From Podarcis bocagei (taxonomy: Eukaryota), in NCBI GenBank assembly GCA_964188305.1, contig OZ076886.1: a stretch of DNA of 64,000 nucleotides. One strand, 5' to 3'. Below, in pieces: positions 1-10,904 of this stretch (positions are counted from its first letter, which is position 1; the number at the start of each line of letters is the position of its first letter). The notes beneath the pieces are model-generated. The model was not told where the DNA came from, did not search any database, and worked only from the letters and a program-made list of their open reading frames with translations. The translations under genes and the position numbers were made by a program.

Positions 1-132
1 GTTTGCATTTTGTTTGTTTTATTTATAAATTCAATTTATTGGTTGCTTTTTTTATCAAAGTGACAGTATATGCATGGGTTCCTGTGCTGGCCAGTTGCGG
101 GTGGGCTTGCTGAGGAAAAATTGTGTGGTTAG

Positions 133-332
133 CAAGGCTGGCCCAAGACATTTTGGCACCTGAAGTGGCACCCAAAATGGCTCCCCTTCTCCCTGCCAGG
201 GAAGAAGGGGTGTGGGAAGATCTACATCAGGAACAAGGGGGAAAGAAATATCAACATGGGTATTTGCTGCCCCAGTGGATCCTGCCGCCCGAAACAATCA
301 CCTCACATTGCCTCATGGGTGGGCCTGCCCTG
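133..332. mobile_element. hAT-type MITE (family C), copy 1
   Basis: Imperfect TIRs caaggctggccc / gggcctgccctg. Perfect 8-bp TSD gtggttag at 125-132 and 333-340. Related copies at ~41870-42035 and 50073-50271. Confidence 0.75.
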
Positions 333-1256
333 GTGGTTAGCTCTTCTTTTGAATTCTGTTCTTATAAAACCATGCTTGTACACATGGCTTGGGCGTGTGA
401 CTTCTGGCTACGTTGAAGCCAAGTGACAAGTCCTGCTAGACAAGTCCCTGGAAAAGCACCACTTCCCAGAGTGCTCTGCCCAGACCCTAGCATGCCATCT
501 GTGTGACAAGCACTTCCGTAAGCAAGAGCATGGCCTCTTCACCCCTTTCCTGGCTGGCCCACATTTTCTCCAGCCCTCAGATCAGACACCGGAATGTATA
601 ATCAACGTGAGAATCTCTCAAGGAGGAGGAATGTGAGTCCAAGGCAAAAAGTCCCTTTTTGCTTCCTGCTCCACCCTCTTAACAACACCCATGCTAGAGA
701 GAAATATAGTTTGGGTTCAGCACTGTAACATCGTTTTGGTTTCCCTAGTAGTATAATATACTCCATCATATTGCCTTGCCTCACCCTGTACTCCTGGTTC
801 AGTGATGCCTTTTGTTTAAGAATTAAAATAATCACATATCATCTTCCCTTTTGCCAGCACCTCTGTAAAAAAATGTATTTATCTCTCAAGAGGAACCTTT
901 GTCTGAAAAGGAAATACTTCCTGTTCCTGCCACATCAGCCTTTCTGCAAGGCCTCTGATAAGCCATGACCAATAATGCTGAGCATATAGTTAGCAAACAG
1001 CTGATCCCAGCTGCATACATGGGAACTAAACATAGAGCAGGCAGGAGGCTCTGGCGTTCCAAGAAAAGGATATGCCAACCACTTGGAGCAGCCTTTTTTG
1101 CTTTCCTGCAGTGCCACCTGCTGCTCTGGCTATGCCAGAGCATGAAACAACGCCATAGTTCATTGACTTTTATCCCTGGGAAGTCTCATTCTCTGAAGTT
1201 CATGACTCTACAAGGCGTGACCATGCAGATACTTGGGTGCGTCTCAGTCTTTAAAA

Positions 1257-1379
1257 TAAGGTTACCAGATTTTTTTCAATGAATCCAGGGACACTTTTCA
1301 ACTTCAGTAGATTTTGTATGGGGACTGATTTGTAAATCCGGGGACTGTCCCCGGGAAACAGGGATGTCTGATAACCTTA
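1257..1379. mobile_element. small hAT-type MITE
   Basis: TIRs taaggttaccaga / tctgataacctta. Perfect 8-bp TSD ctttaaaa at 1249-1256 and 1380-1387. Confidence 0.75.
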
Positions 1380-3254
1380 CTTTAAAAACATTGTGCAAGT
1401 AGCAGCTGTGATTGAGAGAACCCAGATTACAACAGTGGTGCTGGTATGCTTAGCCCTTTCCCATTGCACTATTGTGCTCCCTGCCCCCAAAGAAGATAAA
1501 TGATCCTCCTAAAGTTGCTGTTTACTTGAGCAGGAAAAACATATTTGTACACCCCCCCTCCCTAAACTGGGGGCAAATAGCAGACCTAGAGGTCTGATTT
1601 TCATTGAAAAAAGAGTTAACCCCACACCACTGTCCTGAATCCAGATCCAACATATGCAGTTTTAAAATATGGAGAGTCATTCACACATCTCCATTATCAC
1701 ATCTAGATTCATCTGGAGATATGAGACCAAGCCTACTGTTAAGGCTTTATGCAATTATAAGTGGGAATATAGGTATGTGTACCAATTCACCCAGTATAAA
1801 GCAGATGCAGGTAGCAAAACCACTTCCCACGTGTGGCCTGCTAACAACAGCCATGTCCCATATTTATGCTTATGGCTTATCCACATGTCCTTTTTGCCCT
1901 GTGCTTTCCAGGCACAGGTCTGCACTTTCCCAGTGTGTGGCCACACTTTTTTCTCTCTTTTTTGCCATGGAAAACCCAATCTTTACCATTGTATTTGAGC
2001 AAATGGCAATTTGAGTTTTCTGCAGATTGCCATTTGTTCTGATTCAGTGGTAAAGAGCAGGTTTTCATGGGGAAAAGGGAGAATAAGTGATACTGACCCA
2101 GAAAGCCTGGATATGTGCCTAGAAATGCTAAGCAAGGTAAGTGTGGATAAGCCCTAAGTTGCATCTCATGGCCAGGGCTCAGACATGGAGTTCAGTGCTT
2201 TGCTTAACTGTCCAGTGAATTTACTGGACAGGTTTTTGCAGAGAATTATGGCCAAATGAGAGGAAACAAATGTGTGGTCCAATCCTAGTAGTGATGGATC
2301 AATTCAAAGGACAATTGACTCATCCATTTCCTGCACTGCACAGTTCCAAGTCATGGAGTGTAATAATTGCTCTTTAATCCTACGAAGAAGGATACTGTAG
2401 TGTAGACAACATGATCCTCAGGATCTCTTCCAACTCTACCATCCTAGAATTCTATGATTCTAATTACAAGTGTAGCCTGAGAATGCTTGGGGAAATCTCT
2501 TTCTCTTTCTCCAAGAGCTCCAAATCAGCCTGCATATTGGTTTGTGTGTATTCGTGTGCTGATGCTCGAGTGTTGCAGTGAGGGCAGGGAAAGAAACATG
2601 TTTCCTAGGCAATTGTGCAAAGCCCCCTTCCATTCCACTTGCGCTGGCACTTGTGCCATGATTGGCTGCTGGTACTTGCTACATGTCCGTAGGCATGAGG
2701 ATGCAGTGGATCCACAGGCGGCAGAGACATGATTGGCAGCAGTGTCACCAGCCTTATGGACAGTGGGTGCCACTGAGAAGTGGTTGCTGTGACACCATTC
2801 CTTTGCTGCACTTCTCCACAAGTTCTCTTTCCAACCAGAAGTGGAGCCAGAACTTATAGGCAAGGCGGGTTTCCAGAAGCACAGGAGTTATATGGGTGGG
2901 ATACCTGATTTGACCTGAAGATGGGAAATACCTTGAGATCTGTGCTGTGGGTGGGCTGTGACTAGAATAAATTGATGGCTATGGTGCACAGCTGTTGCAA
3001 GGAACTCCTGGCACACTCCAATTGCAATATGGCAATAACAAAAATACCAGACCGTACTGCAGATTGATGATGTGGTAAGCCCCACCTTTCAGCCCCACCT
3101 TCACCTGCAAGGTGCACTTAAGTCAGAAAATCCAAGGACTGAGAATGAGCACACACAGCTTTGGCGCTGTGTAAATCCCCCCCCCCCAACAGTGGAACAC
3201 AAGTGTGCAATTGTGGCAACACAAGTGTGCAATTGTGGCAATGATCTCGGAGCT

Positions 3255-3855
3255 GCAGTCAATCACTAACTGAACACGAGTCAGCAGAGGGATGCAGCTG
3301 CAAAAATGGCTAATGTGCTTTTAGGCTGAATTGATAGATCCATGGTTCCAAGTCATGGAGTGTAATAATTGCTCTTTAATCCTACGAAGAAGGATACTGT
3401 AGTGTAGACAAATTGGAACAGGTTCAGAGGAGGGTAATGGAGATGGTGAGGAATATGGAAAACAAGTCCTTTGAGAGGAGGTTGAAAGAATTTGGTATGG
3501 AGAAGAGCAAGCGTAGGGAGGACATGCTAGCACTCTTCAAATACCCAAAGGGCTGCCACATACAGGAGGGCAAAGTCTTGTTCTCTCCTGTTCCAGAAGG
3601 AATTGACTAGATCTAATTGGCTTAAGTTACAAGAAGGTAGATTTCAGCTGAACATTAGGAGACACATATTGATGATAATGAGGGGTTTAATAGCGGGCTC
3701 GATTACCTAGAGGGGTGAGGGCTCTTCTTCACTTGGAGGTCTTTAAGCAGGAGCTGGACAAAGATGCTCTAGCATGATTTTCTACCTCAATCAGAGATAG
3801 AGACTAAAGGTCTACTTTACAAAGGCCCTTCTAACTCTTTATCATTCTATGATGC
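3255..3855 (+). mobile_element. degraded CR1 LINE 3' fragment
   Basis: CR1-like RT remnant (ORF 3413-3610 EQVQRRVMEMVRNMENKSFERRLKEFG...) followed by a CR1 tail (ccttctaactct...attctatgat). Boundaries approximate. Confidence 0.75.
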
Positions 3856-3884
3856 AAGATTTTGAAATTTGTCAGCTTGCTCTA

Positions 3885-4230
3885 TGTATGTTTAGCCTGG
3901 TAGAGAGGAGACTAAGAGGTCATATGATAGCCATCCTCAAACATCTCAAGGGCTGTCCTGTTTATTCCTGCTCCGGAGGCTAGGACCTGAACCAATGGAT
4001 TCAAGTTACAAGAAAGGAGATTACACTAAACACCAGAAATAACTTTCTGATAGTAAGAGCCGTGGAACAGATTCCCACTACAGGTGGTGGACTCTCCTTC
4101 CTTGGAGGTTTTAAAGCAGAGATTGGATGACCATCTGTCATGTATGATCTAGTTGAGATTCCTGCATTGCAGGGGATTGGACTAGATGACTCTCTGGGAT
4201 TCCTTCCAACTCTACAGTTTGATTGTATGA
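3885..4230 (+). mobile_element. CR1 LINE 3' fragment
   Basis: Typical CR1 3' end: tttagcctggtagagaggagactaagagg...ggactagatgac...ttccaactctacag...gattgtatgat. Confidence 0.8.
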
Positions 4231-5199
4231 TCCCGCACTTGGTTGCATGTCACCTATACCAATTGGAATGCAAACCTTTTTATCTGTTTGTCTTGCTTTA
4301 AAAAAAAAAAAGCAACGTTGGTAGATTTATTGTTAATTAGGCAAGTTTCCCCTCTCATCCAAATGGTAAGACTCAGAGGTCTGTTTCCACAACAATTGGA
4401 CTTGTGATTTGCTTTTGTAAATGTAACATTTACATGATGCATGCCCTGCCCTTTGGGGCATAACAATTGCTCAAGTCCAGAACTCAGAAGCCAAAGTATT
4501 GTTTTGCAAATTACATACGCATTTTAAAGAAGTTCAAGTCGGTTTCAGTCATCAAGGAACCTGTGCCAATCACCAGCACAGCAACTGCCTTATTGAGCAA
4601 CTAGTCCTGGCAATACAGATTGCGCAGGCACATAAAACTCGTCACATGCTGATTAAATTATGATCAGAACACCCTTTTCAGGGACAAAGGAGCTTGCCTA
4701 GTAACATATTTCTGCATTATGCATTGGGTAAATTCACATTGTGGTGCGAGCCCATTATTTCCCAAAACGTCTGTGGCAACTGCCTACTTAAAATATGTCC
4801 CACTGAATTCAGTTGAATACAACAGAGAAGTTAATGATGTGGGATTAGAATAGACTTGCCTGCTCTTGATGTGGGGTTGTAGTTTTTGTGTGTGTTACAT
4901 TTCCCCTTTTTATCTTGAGGGTACTTCTCGTTCTGAGATTGCTCCTGGATAACCAGGTGGAGACCCAGTTTCCTACTTATGTACTTGTATTTCTTGTACA
5001 CACACATTACATTTTTGCATATGTAAAATGTTTTTCATCTGTCAAAATCAATGTATTAATCAGCCCTCATGCTGAAAGGTCTGTTCAATGCAAGGTCAAT
5101 GGAATCCCAGAACTCCTTATGTCTCTATCCACATCATTCAACCATCTGTGATCATTCTTCCTTTCCTTCACCTTTTCATCATGCCCTGATTCTTCCTTT

Positions 5200-5492
5200 T
5201 TGTTGTTGTTTAGTCGTTTAGTTGTGTCCAACTCTTCGTGACCCCATGGACTTGAGCACGCCAGGCACTTCTGTCTTCCACTGCCTCCCACAGTTTGGTC
5301 AAACTCATGCTGGTAGCTTCTAGAACACTGTCCAACCATCTCGTCCTCTGTCGTCCCCTTCGTCTTGTGCCCTCCATCTTTCCCAACATCAAGGTCTTTT
5401 CCAGGGAGTCTTCTCTTCTCATGAGGTGGCCAAAGTATTGGAGCCTCAGCTTCACGATCTGTCCTTCCACTGAGCACTCAGGGCTGATTTCA
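5200..5492 (-). mobile_element. BovB (RTE-clade LINE) 3' fragment
   Basis: Minus ORF 5210-5470 (KLRLQYFGHLMRREDSLEKTLMLGKMEGTRRRGRQRTRWLD...AWRAQVHGVTKSWTQLND) matches the BovB RT C-terminus. It ends in an (aac)n tail. Confidence 0.9.
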
Positions 5493-6107
5493 GGGGACTC
5501 TCATTTAGTGAAAGCTTCTCCAATTCCTGAATTTTTACCCACAGGATTTCTGACATCCTCATCTCTTGCCATTATATATGTCAAGTCAGAAAGTGTTCAC
5601 CTGTAGGCGATTTATGTATTAGCATTCCACACTAACACTTCCTTCATCCACATGCTAAACAAACTGTTAGCTGTCCCTACAATTCACAGACAACTCAGAA
5701 CGAAAGCTCACTGAATTCAATAGGGTTTACTCCCAGGTAAGCAGGTGCAGGACTGCAGCCTCCTTAAGTCAACTGAACCCCAGAATGTGTCCTAGCCCTC
5801 ACTGCTGGATGAAGAGTTCCCATATTGGTTTCTGCCAAAGGTTTTAATGCATAATTCAGAACTGTTCATGGGCAAGGTTACACAGTGCAGCAAGTATATA
5901 AGAGGCATAAATACATGGCTAAGCACAAAATAAGAAGTTGATCCAACAAAAGCTATGCCCTCTGGGCCTCCTTTTTGAAGAGTGGAGTGGGCACAGCATT
6001 AGTGTGGCAATTGGCTGGAGTTCTGGGACTGGGCAAAAAATAATGGGCAGTCCTTCAGGAGGGTTGTGAAGTCTGTTCACAAAAACTCTGAGAGGTAGGT
6101 TGAGAGG

Positions 6108-6212
6108 CAGCCACTGGCCCAACTTCACCCAAGTTCATGGCTGCGTAGGGATTTGAACACTGATCTCCCAGGTTCTTGTTTGACACTCTACCCACTATAC
6201 CACACTGGATCT
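6108..6212 (-). mobile_element. old tRNA-derived SINE fragment (MIR/Squam3-like)
   Basis: gggatttgaacactgatctcccagg...cactctacccactataccacactgg is the reverse complement of a tRNA-like SINE head. A similar copy lies at ~58930-59050. Confidence 0.55.
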
Positions 6213-6218
6213 CTTTTA

Positions 6219-6513
6219 AAGGTAAAGGTACCCCTGCCCGTATGGGCCAGTCTTGACAGACTCTAGGGTTGTGCGCCCATCTCACTTAAGAGGCCAGGGG
6301 GCCAGCGCTGTCCAGAGACACTTCCGGGTCACGTGGCGAGCGTGACAAAGCTGCATCTGGCGAGCCAGAGCCGCACACGGAAACGCCGTTTACCTTCCCG
6401 CCAGTAAGCGGTCCCTATTTATCTACTTGCACTTTGATGTGCTTTCGAACTGCTAGGTTGGCAGGCGCTGGGACCGAGCAACGGGAGCGCACCCCGCCGT
6501 GGGGATTCGAATC
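6219..6513 (-). mobile_element. Sauria SINE (5'-truncated)
   Basis: aaggtaaaggta tail (reverse complement of (acctt)n) and Sauria SINE body (cgccgtttaccttcccg...ctatttatctacttgcac...ggattcgaa). 12-bp TSD ggatctctttta at 6207-6218 and 6514-6525. CpGs are retained, suggesting a young copy. Confidence 0.85.
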
Positions 6514-6919
6514 GGATCTCTTTTACTTTACTTTTTATTTTTTGTTAATGTATTCTGTTTTACTATGATGGCATGGTGAAGTATTATCTAAATAATTAAA
6601 TTAAATAGCCTGCCCTGTGAGAATGCTAATGCCTAGCTATAATGAGGACTAGTTAATGAAGATTGGTTTAGAGTTCAAGGAGGTGTGGGAGATAGTTTTT
6701 CCATTCCTTCCCTTTGGGAGATTTTCCATTCCTTCTCTTTGGAAGACTTAAATGCACATCCATTCTGGTTTAAGTAATTCCCACTGGATTCAATGGGGCT
6801 TTTACTTCCAAGGAACGTATAAAGCATCGGGCCGTTCCTGGCCTACCTATACGTTTCACCTGCAACCTTATTCCTAACAGCAACCCAAAGGAGCCCATCC
6901 TTGTTCCTCTGCACTCTGC

Positions 6920-8130
6920 ACGCGCACCACATGTAGGACTTCACGCCCACCGAAAGTGCCCGTGGCACCTCCCACCATAACTAACGAGCAACTTCTCGCC
7001 CAATCACACATTTGCACGGGCAACGCTTACAGCCGAGGGAGGGCGGGCGAGCGCGTGGAGCCGAGCGCCCCACTCTAGCCCGTCCAATTCCCCCCTGCAA
7101 GCGACCCGATTGGCCGCTCCTTTTTCAAGACTCCCCCCGCCCCCGCGCCACACCCCACCCCCAAAAAGGCAGTTGGAGCCAATCGCCCCGCGAGGGAGGG
7201 TCTCCGCGCTCCCGGCCCGCCCCTCCTGTCCCTCCAATGAAAAAGAAGGGCAGAGAGGAGGCGGAGGAGGGCCCGCCCGGCCAACCGGGAGCCGATGAGG
7301 GCCGTGCTGGAGCGGGGATTGGCCGGGGCCTGCAGGCAGTGGGCGGGGCTATGCTGGAGGTAGGCGTTGGAGGTTGCTGAGGTGCCGGACCCAGCGGGCG
7401 GAGCGAGGGGTGGGAAGGGGGAGATCCGAGCCTGAGTGGTAAGAGGTGACGGCGGCGGCAGCAGCAGGAACGGCTGAGGCGCCGCGGGCGGGCCCCGATG
7501 GAGCTCGAGAATATCGTGGCCAATACGGTGCTGCTCAAGGCGCGAGAGGGTGAGGAGCCGGCCTGGGGTCGCAGGGGGCGAGCGCGTGAGGGAAACTGAG
7601 GGAAGAAGGAGCCCAGGAAGCCCCCGGCGCCGTTGGGCGAGCGAGGGCATGGCGGCGCCCTCCCGGCCCGGGCATCTCCCCTCCTGCTTGGGGTCACCCC
7701 TTTCGCACGAGCCGCGGAGCTGCGCGTGGAGCGGCGGCGCCTGAGGCAGCGAGAGAGGTTCGCGGGCTGGGCGAGGCGAGAAGCGCGCTCCCCTTGCTGA
7801 AAGAGAGCCCTTCGGAGCCCGGCGTTGAGTGCCCGGCAGCGGTGGGGTGGGGATGGGTGGCCGCTGTCAAAGGCGCGGGAGGGAGGCGGAGAGGCGGCGT
7901 TGCGTGTTATGACCCGGCCCGCCAGCTCTTTCTCCTTCTTCTTCCTACCCCCGCCACCCCACCCCTCTTTCCTCCCTCCCTGTGTGCTGGTGGGGGGTGG
8001 GTGTATATCCGAAAGTAGAAAAACTGCGGAGCTTTGGAGTTAAGGACCAGCCAGCACATGCTTATAGAGGCCTCACAAAAGACCGAGGAACGTAGTGACG
8101 TGGGTTGTGGCCGAATGATGCTTTCTGCAG
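6920..8130 (+). promoter_or_regulatory. GRK6: GRK6 CpG-island promoter; no obvious TATA box; CCAAT/GC-box cluster
   Basis: Dense CpG/GC sequence spanning exon 1. CCAAT/ATTGG at 7000, 7084, 7109, 7179, 7234 and 7318. GC box gggcggggc at 7341. Confidence 0.85.
7498..7549 (+). CDS. GRK6: GRK6 coding exon 1 (MELENIVANTVLLKARE-G)
   Basis: Hallmark GRK4/5/6 N-terminus; donor G|gtgagg; 52 nt, phase 1. Confidence 0.97.
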
Positions 8131-9095
8131 ACACGGCTCGTTGCTTTTATCTGGCAGCTTCCTCTTGATAAAGGCTTTGAACTGTTCTTGTTCCCCGGAA
8201 CCGATGTAGAGATCAGTGAAAGTTTGCACTCTTCTCCAAAAACGCTCATAAGAAGCACTCGCCCAAATATGGGACTGCGATCTCACCTCCCTAGACTGAG
8301 AGGAGCTGATAAATTGACAAGATTTGGAAGTCTTCAGGATTCTGGATGCTAGTAGAGTCAGAGGCATGCTACCCATTGTACTACTTAACTCTAGGTGGAG
8401 CATCAGAAGTTGTTGGTTTTTTAAAAAAAAATTGTAGTAGTAGTAGTGCGTCTCTTGAATGGGTTTCCTCACAGGAACAATGTTCTCTTGCCATAGAGCA
8501 GCAGAGATGTTCTAGAATTGGCTTCTGACTTGGCATATGTGCATGAGATTCCATAAGGGACCGCTGCATTAAAAAACACAGGTCTGAGTGCTGGAATCTT
8601 CCCCCGCTTTCTTTAGCAGACTTTGGCAATGCTTTTTATTGGGATACTCTGCTACCAGATATTTTCCTCTGTGTCAGAATTGTAAGCCTTAAATTTAAGG
8701 GAACAATTTGGCTTTGTAGTAGTGAGTCATTTTTGTGTATAACCAGACACAGGCTTATATTTAAGAGTCTGAAAAATGGAGGGTTCACAGCTCACTAATG
8801 AGGTAATGTAAAATGTGAAAGCAACTTTTATCATGGTCTTTCTTTTAATCATCTGCACATGGAGAAGAAAATGAATGAGGAAGAAGATGAAGCAACCTTT
8901 TCCCTTACTGCAGAATACATACTTTCCACAGCCTTAGATACCATCCTGGAGCAGAAGTGTCAGTTTAGTTTGCTCCTCAACTCTGATTTATTTACTCTTG
9001 TTTCCACTATTTTATTTAGAAAAGTTGCAGATCTTAGCAAGTAGAACCCCACTTGACAATTTCCAGAGGGACAACCACCTGTTGCAACCAAAAAT

Positions 9096-9200
9096 AAAGT
9101 ATTGTAGCACCTTAAAAACCACGTATTATGGCATAAGCTTCTGTGGACTATATTCTAGTCCCCAAAAGCTTGTTCCATAATAAAAATGATAGTCTTTAAG
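9096..9200. mobile_element. degraded Penelope-like inverted-repeat remnant
   Basis: tagcaccttaaaaacc...ataagcttctgtggacta / tagtccccaaaagctt...tagtctttaagg resembles the terminal repeat of the element at 22030-22471, arranged head-to-head. Confidence 0.5.
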
Positions 9201-9320
9201 GCAGCTTTCCCAACTTTGGGTCTTCAGATGTTGTTGGACTACAGCTTTCATAATCCGTGACTGTTGGCTATACTGGCTGAGGGTGAAGGGAGCTGTAGAT
9301 CAACAGGATCTGGGGACTCA

Positions 9321-9552
9321 TAGGGGTGGTGCTGTGGTCTAAACCACTGAGCCACTTGGGCTAAACAGCATTTCTGTGCGCTGCTCTGGTTTTGGTGTTC
9401 TGTTGCGCCAAAAGCGGCTTAGTCATGCTGGCCACATGACTAGGAAAAACTGCAGACAAATGCCGGCTCCCATGGCCCGTAAAGCGAGATGAGCGCCTCA
9501 ACCCCAGAGTTGCCTGCAACTGGACTTAACTGTCAGGGGTCCTTTACCTTTA
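9321..9552 (+). mobile_element. Sauria SINE with internal deletion
   Basis: Head ggtggtgctgtggtctaaaccactgagcc, body gtcatgctggccacatgac, tail gtcctttaccttta. Confidence 0.75.
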
Positions 9553-9606
9553 CAGCAAGATTTGGTAGAACATAGGAATCTCTATAGAGCCGCTTATTTA
9601 GAATTA

Positions 9607-9816
9607 CAGTGGTACCTCGGGTTAAGAACTTAATTCGTTTTGGAGGTCCATTCTTAACCTGAAACAGTTCTTAACCTGAGGTACCACTTTAGCTAATGTG
9701 GCCTCCCACTGCCGCCGCACGATTTCTGTTCTCCTGAAGCAAAGTTCTTAACCCAAGGTACTATTTCTGGGTTAGCGGAGTCTAACCTGAAGCATCTGTA
9801 ACCCGAGGTACCATTG
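9607..9816. mobile_element. Tc1/mariner (Tigger/pogo-like) MITE family A, copy 1
   Basis: TIRs cagtggtacctcgggtta / taacccgaggtaccattg flanked by TA. Same family at 21844-22523 and 40876-41110. Confidence 0.85.
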
Positions 9817-10653
9817 TATATGTCCTCTTTTTGCTAGTCAGTAAGAAGGGGCATGAGAATACTGAAGTCACACCACCTGAATGTGGAAGTCCTATCCCCC
9901 TCTGGTTTAGTTCTTGAGACTTCCAAGTACTTACGTCTTGTAAATGAAAACTGGGTGCCTCCAGTTGTTCAGTTCTCAACTCAGAACCAAATTCTGTGTA
10001 ATGTTATGACAGTACAGTAGATTATACCTACCCCATAGTTTTCAATTAGCCTACTTCACAGTATGCTATAAACACACTGCCTAATTAATATCTTCAGCCA
10101 GACGATACTCAGCCTTTAATGCAAAATTATTGCTACCTGAGGTTGTGTTGCTGAAGGTTTTGGCTGCCTAAGTTGTCCTGGCATTTATTTCACTCTAAAG
10201 ACAGTGAATATTAAAACCATCACTGTCCATTCTTAGTTGCCACCCTAGCTTTTTCAGCTATACATGCCATTCTCCTAAAAGCTTTTTTATTATACAGGTA
10301 TATACATCCCCACACTAGCCATCTAAATGCATAATTTGTGTGAAATGAAAGTAAATCAACCAAACTGTTGTGCGAGTCTTAAATGTAGAACGTTTTATAG
10401 TGGAAGTGGCTCAAGCATGAAAGAGCTACAACATAATGCTAATCAAAAGAGATTTTAAGAGCTTTGTACTCTCTGGCTCTTTGGCAATGAATCTGGGTTC
10501 CTTTCATCCAGAGAAACAGGTGTTTCTTAATCATTTGGTAACTTCAGCAGACAGAAGCTGTATAAAGTTAGAATTTCTAAGAACTGCTCGTTAAAGGCCT
10601 TGTTAAAAAAGGAAACAAACCCTAAACCTTAGAATTACAGCAAATGTATATTC

Positions 10654-10904
10654 CATGGGTAGGCAAACTAAGGCCCAGGGACCAGATCCGGCCCAGTGGC
10701 CTTCTATATCTGGCCTGTGAACGGTCCGCGAATCAGCGTGTTTTTACATGAGTAGAATGTGTGCTTTTATTCACAATGCATCTCTGGGTTAATTTTGGGG
10801 CATAGGAATCCATTCATTCCCCCCCAAAAAATATAGTCTGCCCCACCCATAAGGTGTGAGGGACAGTGGACTGGCCCCCTGCTGAAAAAGTTTGCTGACC
10901 CCTG
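10654..10904. mobile_element. hAT MITE family D, copy 1
   Basis: TIRs catgggtaggcaaac / gtttgctgacccctg. 8-bp TSD gtatattc/gtttattc (7 of 8). Same family at 16660-16980 and 42497-42745. Confidence 0.8.

Noticed and set aside
7004-8043. Several 60-190 aa ORFs around GRK6 exon 1
   Set aside because: GC-rich promoter artefacts; the real coding segment is the 52-nt exon 7498-7549.
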